Source: Amoebidium appalachense
Taxonomy: Eukaryota; Protista; Ichthyosporea
Length of the DNA stretch: 64,000 nt
Assembly: GCA_963693365.1 (NCBI GenBank)
Contig: CAVNZM010000005.1
Location: 12,175,728-12,239,727, forward strand
Direction: 5' to 3'
Part shown: in pieces, positions 41,792-54,933 of the stretch
Position numbering within the stretch: position 1 is the stretch's first letter
Layout of the letters: each line of letters begins with the position of its first letter
Notes under the pieces: model-generated
The model's input: the letters and a program-made list of their open reading frames with translations, nothing else
Databases searched by the model: none
Told to the model about the DNA's origin: nothing
Program-made: the position numbers and the translations under genes

Positions 41792-42437
41792 TCTCTACGT
41801 CCTTGGCGGGACTCTCGCAAGCCCATTACTTACCATCTCCCTACTGCCCTGTTCCTTTCCTTCTGTCAACCTCCCTCACTCCCCCTCCGCTCCCTCCCTC
41901 CTTCTCCTGTGGCATGTGTGCACAGAACTCTTGACGACGTGTATTGCCCTCCCCCCTCCCCCCCCTCTCCTTTTCCCACTCCCACGCCCAAGAGGTAAAC
42001 TTTTTTAAAAACCCCCTTCTTTTATTAATGGCATCCTGCTGATGGGCTCTGTTCAGGTATCACATTCTACCTGCATGGTTCTTTTTTTCTTCTTTTTTCT
42101 TTCTTTTCTTCCTTCTTGTGGTCTCTGGTCTTCCGTGTAGAATAACTGAGCGCTGTTTACAGACTTCAGCCTTCTTCAGCACATTTTTGCCTGCCCAATC
42201 ACCTGCCTTCCCCACTCTCACTGGCCTCACACTGATAACCTCGCTGCCCCACTTGTCTCTCCTGCCCAAGTCTTTCACTTAGCCATCCCCCCCTCCCCCC
42301 AGGACCCCCGGACCCCCCCAACCCCCCTCTCGACCCCCCCCCCCCCCCCCCCCCCGCCGGCGGTCCTGCCTTGCCCCACCGACTATGTGCTTCATCCAGT
42401 GTAGCTCATTATAGGGCCCCCCTTCCTCCCCCCCCCC

Positions 42438-42474
<37 letters not shown>

Positions 42475-44083
42475 CCCACACACACACCCGCCTGGCTGCT
42501 TTTTGGATATTAGGCACCGTTCAAGTTTATTTTGCCGGCCCATGTGATATTGTTTCTTCTCTTTTATTGTTGTTGTTTGATTTGCCAACGTACTTCTATG
42601 TTTAGCTCTGCTTTCCGACCATCGGATACCCCCCCCCCCCAACCCAACCCAACCCAAAAAAAAAAACCACCACCGAGGATGGGCTCCGTTAAATTATGTG
42701 TGGTTTGCGCTCTTCATCGTGACCGTTGTTAATGTGTGCTTCGTACTTTATGGCGCATTCAACCCCCCCCCCCCCCCCACCACCACCACCACCACCACCA
42801 CCTCCTCCTCCTCCTTCCTCCCCCCGAGGTTCCGGGTAGTTTGGCCCCGGTATTGTAGGTGACTTAGGGCCCTCTCTGAGAACACATTCTACTTCTGTCG
42901 ATGTGGCTTGGCTCAAAAGTTATCTGCAATTTGCTTCTCCCATTCTAAATGTTTTATGCCCGTTGTATCTGTGCTGTACATATGTACCATATTATGACAT
43001 ACCCTACTATTCCTTGTCCCGTCTTGTCATTCCCCCACCGCCCGTTCAAGTGTCTGTCCATGCATATTTCTTTTCCTTTCTGGTTTTGCATTTTCGTGAC
43101 GTTAAGTCTTTTGATGCCTCACTTTCACAATCCCTTTTTTCTAATGCATATACATATCCCCCCCCCCTCTTGAGGATGGGATCTGCTTAATGTGCATACT
43201 CTTTGTGTGATTTGCACTCTGCATTGTGTTGTCTGTTGAACGTGTACTTCCGTACTTTATGACACAATCAAGCCCCCCTCCCCCCCCCCTCTCTCCTGTG
43301 TCTCTGAAACTTGGATACCGTGGACGACTTTGGCCGCCCATATGGAGGGGCTCTAGCTATGATGCATATTCGTTGTGCGTGCTTTTTTTTTTTGGTTTTG
43401 CAAATTCTGCGCACTGTGTTGTCCGCCGTTTATGTGTACTTCATATTCTGCAAATACACCTAAACCATTCTCCTTTTTAAACTCTAACATATCCCCTTCC
43501 CTTCCCCCTGCCTTCCTCTCTCCTCCCACCCCCCCCCCCCCCCCCCCCCGTCCCTCTCCCCCTCTCTCCTCTCCCCCGCTCCCCCCCTCCTCCCCCCCCC
43601 CCTCCTCTCTCCTCCTCCCCCCCCCCCCCCTCCCCGCCCCCCTCCCTCCTCCCCCCCGTTCTCTCTCTCTCTCTCTCCCCCCCCCCCCCTCCCCCCCACC
43701 CTGTCCCCTCAGGTGATATTCCGAGCGCTTACAAACCAGGTCGAGGTGATGGTGAGTGGGCCAGTCAACCACTTCCAGAAGCCAGAGACCATCATATACA
43801 ATGCACTGAGGGATGTGAAGATGGAGAAGATATCACTCAACGATGCACTGATAAAGCGCTTGGTATGTTGTCTCTCTCTCCCCCCCCCCCCTCTCCTCCT
43901 CCCCCTCTCCCCCCCCCCCCATGCACAGACACCCTCATAAAGCGCTTTGGTTTGACTCTCCCCTCCCTCCCTCCCCCCTCCCCCCCCCCCCCCCCCCCCC
44001 CCCCCCGTGCACGCACATGCATACCTCCCACTGCACCTCCCCCCCTTGCTCCTAAACATGCACACACACGCACACGCACTCGT

Positions 44084-44172
<89 letters not shown>

Positions 44173-44697
44173 CACACGTACACACGCACACGCACGCACA
44201 CACACACGTGACACACACACACCACCCACCATCACCACCACATCCTCCCCCTCTCACCCCCTCCCCCCATCCCCCTCCCTCCCCCTCTCCCCCAAAAACA
44301 AAACGAAAAAAAAAAAAAAAAAAAAAAAAAAAGACACACCCAACAACATACACCTGTTCTATGCCCTGCATTCTGTTCTTTGTTGTGTGCTTTGTACTTG
44401 CCTTGTAATGCTGTATATCCCCCCCCCCCCCCCCCCCCCCCCCCCCTCTCTCTCCCCCAGAGCAAAAAAAAAAAAAAAAAAAAAGTCTGTTTGTGCGGCG
44501 GTGGTGGTACTATGGAACGGTGTCATATTCACATGCATGGATGAAATCGCGCAAGCACCATGCACACACACGTGGAAACATACCCACACACACACTCACA
44601 CTTACGACCCCCCCTCCCGGCCCCTCCTCGCCCGCACCAAAAACCACCTTATGCCATCACCACCACCACACATAAACGCTTGTGTGGGCACGCGCGC

Positions 44698-44735
<38 letters not shown>

Positions 44736-44754
44736 TCAGATACACACACACATA

Positions 44755-44785
<31 letters not shown>

Positions 44786-44794
44786 GCGCACACA

Positions 44795-44852
<58 letters not shown>

Positions 44853-45121
44853 AAACACAGGGCCAACACCGAGCCAAGCGCGAAAATATCTCTGAAGAAG
44901 AAGCCATCGAAAAGATCAAAGACTTTGTCCATGCACAGTCTCAGCTTGCGGCCGCCGAAAAACAAAAACAACAAAAGGCAAAATTTGCGGAAAGTTTCAA
45001 CAAATTTGGGGGGGATGCGGGTTCGCCAAAGAAGGAAGAAGAGAAGAAGGAAGGGCCTGGCGGTACCGATAGCCCAAGAAGAGAGAGACGGAGGAGGGAA
45101 AAAGAGGGTGTGCCTGCATAA
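40589..45121 (+). CDS. Spliced gene of unknown function; exons 40589-~40828, 43713-43862, 44861-45121, other internal exons uncertain
   Basis: Protein-like composition; the last two exons join in phase 0 (IKRL|GQHRAK) with GT/AG sites. Confidence 0.6.
42674..43464 (+). mobile_element. Cluster of 3-4 older, diverged copies of the poly(C)-associated element
   Basis: GAGGATGGG(C/A)TC at ~42675 and ~43172; GAAACTTGGATACCGTGGACGACTTTGGCC at ~43306; tails CTTCGTAC...GCATTCAA followed by C-runs. Confidence 0.7.
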
Positions 45122-45231
45122 GATATCCTACATTGCTTTTTCACATGTATAACCCCCCTCAGGGCCACGTACCGTGCCCCTGCATATACCGTGATACGCG
45201 CACAGATGTAAGGACACACGCCAAGTGGCAT

Positions 45232-45309
<78 letters not shown>

Positions 45310-45427
45310 ACTCACAAACACACACACAGACACTGACAAACACACACACACACAGTCCCTCTCGAGTCTCCCCCTGTCTCCCTCCGTCCCTCCCTCTCTC
45401 TCTCTCTTTCTCCCTTCACACACCCTG

Positions 45428-45484
<57 letters not shown>

Positions 45485-46273
45485 CCTCCCTCTCTTTTGC
45501 AGAGGGTGTATCTATAATTAAGTCCCCCCTTTGCCACTTTGCCCCTGTTCCACCTTTGCCCTGTGCTTGCAGCTGAGCCCTCGATGGGCATGTGATTGTA
45601 TCACGTGACCGGCGTGCTTGTGATAAAATTTATAATTAAAATTATTGTTATTGTAGTGGCGATTTCACAACTGTTCATTAGCAGCTCTACATATTAGCCT
45701 ATGATATTTGCTCGTGGTGAGCCACACAACCAACTCATTTGTAATGAACAGAACCGTAGGATGTGTTTATACATCGTGCCGCGGCCGCAGGTCATTATGA
45801 TAATACAAATACAGCGCTAGCACACATATTTTCAACCATTGCACGTGTTTACACATGCAGCATACAGGCTTACGCACGTGCTTGCGGCGCATGCAGCTGC
45901 ACACGTACACAGGTATGTGCTTGTGGTAACGTACAGTACAGATGCACTGCTTGGATGGTGGCAACTTCCATGACCTGGCGTGAAAACGTCATCATAAATC
46001 ATGGATGTGTGTACACATGGACGTGCACCATGTACAATGTCGCACGTGTGTGTGTGTGCAGTGTGTGCAGCTGCAGGCAGGGAGCGGGGAGGAATCATCT
46101 GTGTGCGCGTGGGGGGGGGGTAAACGGATCCGGAGGGGGCCGGCTAGAATCTGGTCTCAGTGCATTGACAACAGCTCTTGCCAAGGGTCCCGGCCCAGGG
46201 GATGGGCCGGCAGCGGCTGGGGGGGCTCGGGAGAAGAGAGAGGAGGAGGAGAAGGGGGAGGGGCAGGGGGGGG

Positions 46274-46523
46274 TTTTGAATGCGTCAAAAAGTACGAAGT
46301 ACACAAGAACAAACGGATAACACGATGCAGAATGCAAGCCATACATAAAGAGTATGCATAATAAGCAGAGCCCATCCTCAGGGGGGGCCCACGTCATCCA
46401 CAGTACCCGAGTTTCGACCTATTCCCCTCGTTAACGAAACCCAACTCAGATACTGTTTCACTTGAACATGAGTAGGTCACCCGTCTTGATCAGAGACGAG
46501 CAGGGTTGCTTATGCAGGCAAGG
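46274..46523 (-). mobile_element. Longest subfamily-1 copy of the poly(C)-associated structured element
   Basis: Colinear with 49074-49355 over its whole length; stems covary between the two copies. Confidence 0.8.
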
Positions 46524-47069
46524 GCAGTGGGAAAGGCCGGGGGTTAAAGTTGCAGCAGTAAGCAGAAGCAAGAAAAATATAGATAGGAACTCAGGAGACG
46601 GGGCTTCTAGGAAGCTCCCCCGTCGATACCTAAGTCGATACTTCCCTGGCTAACATACTACACCAGCTGAAAAGAATTAAGTCCCGAAGGCCACAGAATT
46701 CGTAATCAGAGGGGAAAATATGAGATTTGACCCACGCCGCAGGGTAGTAACACGCTTACTAGGGCGGAACTTTATCGTCTTCGAACGGAAAGCTATGCCC
46801 CCGGATGTCAGCCGGAAATATGGTATCACCCATTGCTTTGGGCTTGAAAAAAGCCAAACCGATAGTCCGAGTTATGTTACGCCGGCGGGTAACATGCCGC
46901 ATGGGTTCCAAGGGAGCTGTCGCCAACAGAGCGGTGTGTGCATGCGTGCGCGTAACGCAATGTGTGAAGTGTGTCTATAGCTATGAAAGGGGGTATGCAG
47001 AAGTGGACAGATGAAGTGTGTGGAGAGAAAAACAGTAAGAAGAAAAGTAGACACCGGTATGTGCAACCC

Positions 47070-47111
<42 letters not shown>

Positions 47112-47172
47112 AATAAGCGAAGATTACAGGTAATCAACCAGAACAACAAATGACAAGCAAAACAACAGGCGC

Positions 47173-47213
<41 letters not shown>

Positions 47214-47214
47214 A

Positions 47215-47328
<114 letters not shown>

Positions 47329-47392
47329 GGAGAGAGAGAGAGAGAGAAGGTGGGGGGGGGGGGGGGGGGGAGGGGGAGGGGAGGGGGAGGGG

Positions 47393-47714
47393 GGTCTTAG
47401 GGATGCTGCAGAATCGTCAGATATTAGACAAATCGTACCAATACGATCATTCTCTCATATATGTGAGAAGATTGTGACTAACGATGTGCAGATCTGGTTA
47501 AGACCTGTTGGGTGTGCAGAGAAAATGGGAGGGGAAGGAGGGAGGGAAAGGGGGAGGGGGGGGGGGGGGAAGTAAGAGAGGGGAGGGAATGTTAGAGTGT
47601 CAGTAGTCTCAGGGGACCCTGCAGAGTCGTTAGATGTCAGACAAAAACGCACCAACGACCAAGTTCTCCGAGGGGAGAAATGCGTAAAACGTTCTGCAGA
47701 GTGGGTTAGAGACC
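47393..47714. repeat. Two diverged ~110-nt structured repeats (47393-47505 and 47606-47714)
   Basis: Shared blocks GTCT..., CTGCAGA.TCGT.AGAT.T.AGACAAA, ACCAA, TTCTC...GAGAA, TGCAGA and AGACCTG; each folds back on itself. Confidence 0.7.
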
Positions 47715-47822
47715 TGCTGATGAGAAGAGTGTATACAGGGTTTGGCCAGGGGGGGGGGGGGGGGGAAGGGGGGGGGAAAAAGAAGGTAGGAGGGGAAGGG
47801 GGGGGGGGGGGGAGGAGAAGGG

Positions 47823-47854
<32 letters not shown>

Positions 47855-48182
47855 AGGGGCAGGGGGGGGGGATGGAACGACGAACACACAATGCATACGG
47901 TGCACGTGGTGCGCATGGACCCTGGTGGTGAAAAATGGGATTTGTGGCCGTATACATGTGTGGAGCCTTGGGATGATGATGAGAATTGTGATGGTAGTGG
48001 ACCCCGAGTGAGTGGGGTCCGCGGCTGAGGTACCGTGCACAAAAGGCAGCTTACCCAACCACGATAAGTTTCATGTAAGGTCCATTATTTGGCAAGGAAT
48101 CAAGCTAAGTCTTGCAAACACGAACGAAGACGACTTTGGCGCAGGCAACATATGAAAGTTTAAGGTTTAGCTATATTGGGGG

Positions 48183-48304
48183 TTAGAGTACGAAGTGTAT
48201 ACATTCATAAGGGGGGAATGTGCTGTTAACGTTCATAACAGACAACACGATGTAGAGCGCACACCACACATAACGAGTATGCATAATAAGCAGGGCCCAT
48301 CCTT
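48183..48304 (-). mobile_element. Diverged short copy of the poly(C)-associated element
   Basis: Reverse complement reads AGGATGGGCCCTGCTTATTATGCATACTC...CTTCGTACTCTAACCCCC. Confidence 0.65.
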
Positions 48305-48446
48305 GGGGGGAAATAGCGAAAGGACCGGTGGTTTATTCATTGATCTTTTTAATCATTTTATTTTCAGGTCATGTCAAATACACCCACCACACACACATTG
48401 GGTGGGTTTCAACGCCCCTCCACCGTTCACCTTCCTCCACAACTCC

Positions 48447-48651
48447 TCAATCCTTCTTCTGTTTTTGGTCGCCGTCCTTGTGGTAAAGGAACACGAAAGA
48501 GAGAAGATAAACCCCCCCAATCATTGAAAATGCGCTGACGTAATATGGGTAGGCGCCAACAAGGAATCGGCTGTGCATGGTGTTGCGGAGCGGGCGGATC
48601 ACTTCGACGTGCTCCAAGTCAAGGTTGGTGTAGCCCGTGCGGTGGTAGTTG

Positions 48652-48740
<89 letters not shown>

Positions 48741-48876
48741 GGCCTGCTGCGGGGGCAGGGGGGAGGGGGGGGAGGGGTGTGTGTGTTTAGAATGCCGCAC
48801 AGCACAAAGCACATTTCACAGCCGATATTGGGTGGGGTGTATGGGTTCGTGGTGGTGGTGGTAGTAGTTGTGGTTG

Positions 48877-48907
<31 letters not shown>

Positions 48908-49034
48908 TAAGAAAGTGTTACAGACTACGAGGCATATATTCACGACGGATAACCAACGACGATTTCCCAAAGAGCACACACCATGAGTATGCATTATTAG
49001 CAGATTCCTGCTTCGGTGGGCCCAAGCCATTCAC

Positions 49035-49065
<31 letters not shown>

Positions 49066-49950
49066 AGGGGGGGTTTGAATGCGGAACACAGTACGAAGTA
49101 CGCATACACGATGAGAAGCATGGTGCAGGACACATGCAAAGGCAAACATTCAAGTATGCAGCATCAGCCATGCGCACAGTATGCGTCATAAGCAGAGCCC
49201 ATCCTCAGGGAGGGCCCAAGTCATCAATTGCGTCTGAGTTTCGACCCCTTAGCCCGCGTATATACGACGCTCCAACTCAGACAGCAGCATCAACTGAACT
49301 TGGGTGGGTCAACCCGTCTTGATCAAAGACGAGCAGGGTTGCTTATGCAAGCAAGGTGAGCAAAACGGTGAAGATGTATGTGCAAACTAATGCAGTGCAG
49401 CGACAAACGCGTATGTGCTTACAGATGCACGACACAGAGCAACCATGCCCGGTTGCATGGAAGTAAAGATGTCTCCGGGGGGGGGGGACTGAGAAGGCGA
49501 GAGACACGAGAGTGACAGAGAGAGAGAAAGAATAGGGGAGGAAGGGGGACGTAAAGCAGTGTTAACATTAGAAAACACACCTTGAACGTGAAGAGACCGT
49601 AGACGTCCGGCAGGCGGAACTTGATGGAATATTCTCCGTCGGCACCAGGCACAAGGTACCTGATCTCGAAGGGGTCCATACGTGTGTACTGCATCTGCAT
49701 GTCTGTGCGCCCGTTGTAGGGCACCCACTTGCCCTCTCTCATCTCCTCCACCCAGATCTCGTATTCCTGTACGAGCACACGGGAAAAAAGTGTGTGGTTG
49801 GTGATTGGTTGGTGAGTGATATAAGGGGGGGCAAAGGGGTGTATATTAGGTGCTGACAGGGGAAAGTGTCGGATTAGTAGATTGTGGGTGTTCTAGAAAT
49901 ATAATATGCACTCACAAATAAGCAGTAAAGAAATAAAAAAATAAATAGAT

Positions 49951-50020
<70 letters not shown>

Positions 50021-50116
50021 ATCCCTCTCCCTCTCCCTCTCCCTCTCTCATCTCTCTCTCTCTGTCCCCCCCCCCCCCCCCCCCCCCCCCCTCTCTCTCT
50101 CTCTCTCTTTTTTTTT

Positions 50117-50147
<31 letters not shown>

Positions 50148-50711
50148 GGGGACAATATAAACACCAACAAAAAACCAACAAAAAACAAAAACAGAAGAAA
50201 TGCGACGGGAAGTATGAAGCATTGGTAACATCCATCCTTGAAACGAGGGAATGAAAAAGGAAGACGGGAAGGGAGGAAGGGAGGGCGGGAGGGAGGGAGG
50301 GAGTAGGGCCCGGAGGAAGAGGAGAGAGAATGGCCCGAGGGGTGGGGGGGAAGGGTTCGTATGTGTTGCAGAGTACGAAATGCCCATTCAAAAGATTCTG
50401 CAGTAATCGTGCCCACTACCAAGGGGTGTGTAAGTGCACACGGGCCTCCCGGGGGGAGGGGGGAGGGGGGGGGGGAGGGGGGGGGGGGGGGGTCTAAATG
50501 GAAATTACAGCATACCACATCATCTCTGACGGTGTATGTGCCGGGGGCCTTTGGGTTGATGGTGTGCACGTTGACCTCTCTTGCTCTCAGGACGGCCTTC
50601 TCACGGAATGTCCATTTGCCGGCCTCAAGGGTAAATGCTGCATTGCCTGATGCAACGGTCCTGGGTGCAACACAAGAGAAATTATGAGAAATTATGGTCA
50701 GATATCTACAG

Positions 50712-50744
<33 letters not shown>

Positions 50745-51733
50745 TTCCACAAAAAAAACAAAAAACAAAAAAAAAAAAAAAAAAAAAAAAAAACATGAAC
50801 ACGCACGCACGCACGCACACACACTGTGGGTGCTGAGTTCACACAACTGATTCACTACAACTGAATGTTGCCTTCCGCACAACAATACACTCCGCCTTCC
50901 CCGCTGCCCTCAAAGCCCCCCCCCCCCCCCCCCCCCCCCCCTCTCCCCTGCCCTCCCCCCCCTTCCCAACCACATCCAAAAATAAAAGAAAGTATGAAAA
51001 GAAAGAAAGAAAAAGAAACGTATGTGCAGGCACGCAGGTACACAGGCACACGCACACGCACCAACCCACACACACCCCTTGGAGTTCCAGTGGCAAGTGA
51101 AAATATGAGAAAAGAAAGAAAAAAGTTGATAGGCATCCAAGAAGAAATATACCCCCCCCCCCCCCCCCCCCCCTTCCCCTCCCTTTCTCTCTCTCTCTCT
51201 CTCTGGGTGCGTGTGTGTATGTGTATATATATGTGTGTGTGTGTGTGTGTGTCTGTGTATGTATATGTATGTGTGTGGGTGTTTAGGAAGAAAAGGTCGT
51301 GGTGGTGGTGGTGGTTTGGGGGGGGGGGGGGGGGGGGGGGGGGGAGAGGGGGGGGGGGGGAAAGAGAGAGAGAGGAAAATATGCTTTTCCAGCACATACT
51401 TTCCGTCCTTTGTCACCGTGGCCTCAGCATACTCGTCACTCATGGCATCCACAGACCCAACGAGCAGCAGACGGGCAGAATTTCTGGCCTGCATGGCTCC
51501 GATCACGATTGTGTCCGATCCGACTGAGATCGGCCGATCCGGTGCCGATTTCCCAGCGGTTCCGAGGAAGGAGGTCGATGGGGCGTGAGCAACAGGGAAG
51601 GAGAACTGGCTGCGGAACTGTGTATGTGCGTGTGTGTATGTGCGCGCGTGTGTGTACGTGTACGTGTGTGTGTGTCTACGTGTGTGTGTGGATGTGTGTG
51701 TGCAGACAAAAAGTCTTTTCTTTTCCCGGGTGT

Positions 51734-51764
<31 letters not shown>

Positions 51765-52090
51765 GGGGGGGGGGGGAGGGAGGGAGGGAGGGAGGGAGGG
51801 AGGGGTTAGAATGTGGATCAGAGCTCATACTCATGCTCAAGGGAGGGGAGGGAAAGGGGGACAGGAGGGGGGGGGGGGGGGGGGGGGGATCACATATCAC
51901 AAAACGGGGTATTGACGCAACACAGAACGTGTTAAACATAATCTAAGATGCAACATGCACCATACAGAGTGAGGTTGTAGCAGCGGTAATGTGTTTGTGT
52001 GTGTCGTTTGTGCCTGCACATGTCTATGTGGGCAACGTGGTAGAAAATGTGGTACACATACAGGCATGCATGTGTGGGTGTCTGTGTCTC

Positions 52091-52131
<41 letters not shown>

Positions 52132-52378
52132 ACGCTTGGGTGTGTGCCTGCGCGTGCGGGCTCGCGTGCATGCAGGCGGGCGGGGGGAAGTGTGTGTGTG
52201 TGTGCTGACCGGACAGGGAGGAGGGTAAGGTGGGAAGGGAGGAGGCAAGGGGGGGGAGGGGGGGGGGGGGGAGGGGAGGAGGAGGGCAAATTCTGTTACC
52301 TGCTTGAAGCCTGTGCCTTTGTAGAGGATGGGGGCACTGACAGAGCCAACTACCACCTCAAGTGCACCGCTGATATCC

Positions 52379-52434
<56 letters not shown>

Positions 52435-52699
52435 CGCGCGCGTGTGTGTGTGTGCACGTATGGGTCCGTGAGTAATACCCAAGGGTGAGTGAGCAAATGA
52501 GTGTAGAGGGAATGGTTCATCTACATTGTATCCCAACCCCACCCCCACCCCACCCCACCCGTCACGCAACCACATACAAACTTTCTCTCTCTCTCTTCTC
52601 TCTATCACTCCTTCCCACACAGCCACCTTTCTACAAACTAACAGGCACACTCTTTCGCCCATACAACAAATCCATCCACCCACCCTCCAACCCCCCCCC

Positions 52700-52741
<42 letters not shown>

Positions 52742-53150
52742 ACACACACACCACCACCACCACCCTCCCCCCAACACATTCAACCTTTTAAACCATCCCC
52801 CTTCACACTCCCCCCCAAAACTCACCCATGCACACACCCACTCATCCACCCATCCCCCCCGCCCCCCTTCCCCCCCCCCCCCCCCCCAAAAAAAAAAATC
52901 CATCAAACCATCCCCCCCCCCCCCCCCCCCCCAAAACAAACACACACACGCACACACACACACACGCACGCACGCACGCACACACACACATCCACACACA
53001 CACCTGCCACACATGTAGCTGTACCGTCATCCTTTGCATCTGCACTGAAAAAGTCCACAAGGGTGGCCTCAGAGCTGTCGGTCTGGAATCCACCGTGCCG
53101 TGCAAGATCCACAAAGACCGACCCTGGAAAAGGGAAAGGAGTGGACGTGT

Positions 53151-53246
<96 letters not shown>

Positions 53247-53407
53247 AGGGAGGGTGTGTGTGTGTTTTACTGATTTTAAACGACACAGAAGGAAAGAGAA
53301 AGCACGGAGTTGGGAGCGTGTGGGAGAGAGAGAGGGAGAGAGACTGTGTGTAATAATGAGGGGGGGAGAGAGAGAGAGAGAAGAGATAGAGAGAGAGGGA
53401 GAGATGA

Positions 53408-53447
<40 letters not shown>

Positions 53448-53758
53448 TGTGTGTGTGTGTGTGTGTTTGCGCGAGAAGGGGGGGGGGGGGGGGGGGGAGG
53501 GGGGGGGGAAGAGACAGTGAGTGTGAGAAAGAGAGAGAGAGTTTGTGTGTGAGTATGTGCATGTGTGTCTAGATAGATAGAGTACGAAAGAGAGAGACAG
53601 ACAGTATGAGCGAAAGGATGTGTGTGTGGGTGGATAGGTGCCTGTGTGCCCGCCCGCGCATGCGTACTCACAAGATCCAAACATACACGGCAAGATATAA
53701 CTTGTAGGGAACTGTGTGAGCGTTTAGGTGTGAGCGCGCGAGTCTGTGTGTGCCTATG

Positions 53759-53792
<34 letters not shown>

Positions 53793-54826
53793 AATTTGTG
53801 TGTGGTTGGTGTGTGTATGTGTGCGTGCGTGCATGCATATGTGCATGCCTGTGTAGTGAATTCCTCCTGCGCACGCGCACACGTGTGTGGGTGTGCGCAA
53901 ATGCAGACACCAAAAAAAGAAACAGAATGCTAGCGTTGCAAATGTTGACACCCTGTGTCTCGTGGTCTTGTGCTTTGAACTGGTGTGAACAAGAAAGAGA
54001 GGCCAAGCAATCAGTTAACATTGTGTTTATTGCATGGATACTGTTGAAGCTATATCATTCATTATGTCCCTTTCTCTCTCTCTCAGTTTGGGTGTGTGAT
54101 TGTACATGTGCGCGCTTGCCTCTGTGTTCGTAAACAGGCGCGCGTGTGGGTGTGCGTGCGTGCGTGTGTGTGTGGCATACAGGAGCCAACAAGCAGTTTA
54201 CACAACCTCCCCCTCACCCTCCCCCCTCCTCCCCCCAAGGGCCTACAGCCAAACACATGCTTCCTTGCAATTCCTTCCCCCCTACACACAATACCTGAAC
54301 CTCTGCCTTGCAATCCCACCCCCCTCCCCTCCACCCCCCTCCAAGCATGCACACACCAACAGCCAACCACACGCATACGCACCCACCTTCCAACCAGTAA
54401 CCCCCCCCCCCCCCCCCCCCCCCTCCTCCCCCCCTCCACCCCCACCCCCCCCACCCCCACACACCCACACACCTGGGTTTGGTGCACCAGCAGCAAGCAC
54501 GTTACCACCATCATCCATAAACTTCATAATCTTCTCCACATTCAGCGATCCACCGAGACCTGCAAGAGAGGAAAGTGAGAATAAACCCCTAAAAGAAAAA
54601 CCTGTATACAAACTGAACCTGTGTGGGGTTAGATTTTTTATGTCACTGTATGTGGAAGAGAAAGAACAAAAGCCGCTACATGAAAGGAGTAAAAAAAAAT
54701 AAAAAATTAAAAGAGTAAAAAACAACATGAGAGTCGACAGAAAAACACGGGCATATGGGTGGTGTGGCACAGCAATTCCACACAAAGCTTACAGAGTTAA
54801 TATTCATTAGAAGAAATCATCAAACT

Positions 54827-54861
<35 letters not shown>

Positions 54862-54886
54862 CACACACTTCACGGGCGCCTTCAAA

Positions 54887-54933
<47 letters not shown>

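Noticed and set aside
43927-43950. Short echo of the preceding exon end (CTCATAAAGCGCTTTGGT) as a micro-exon
   Set aside because: Inclusion shifts the frame into a stop in the next exon.
46405-46500. Hammerhead/Penelope-like words (CTGATCAAGAC...GTCGAAAC) and a 7SL-like AGGTCGAAACTC in the structured element
   Set aside because: There is no CUGANGA core in a workable topology and no SRP helix 6/8 motifs. Short similarities only.
46530-46550. TAACCCC / CAACCCT as a telomerase RNA template
   Set aside because: Less than 1.5 repeats of any clear telomere unit, and the adjacent element is multicopy and mobile.
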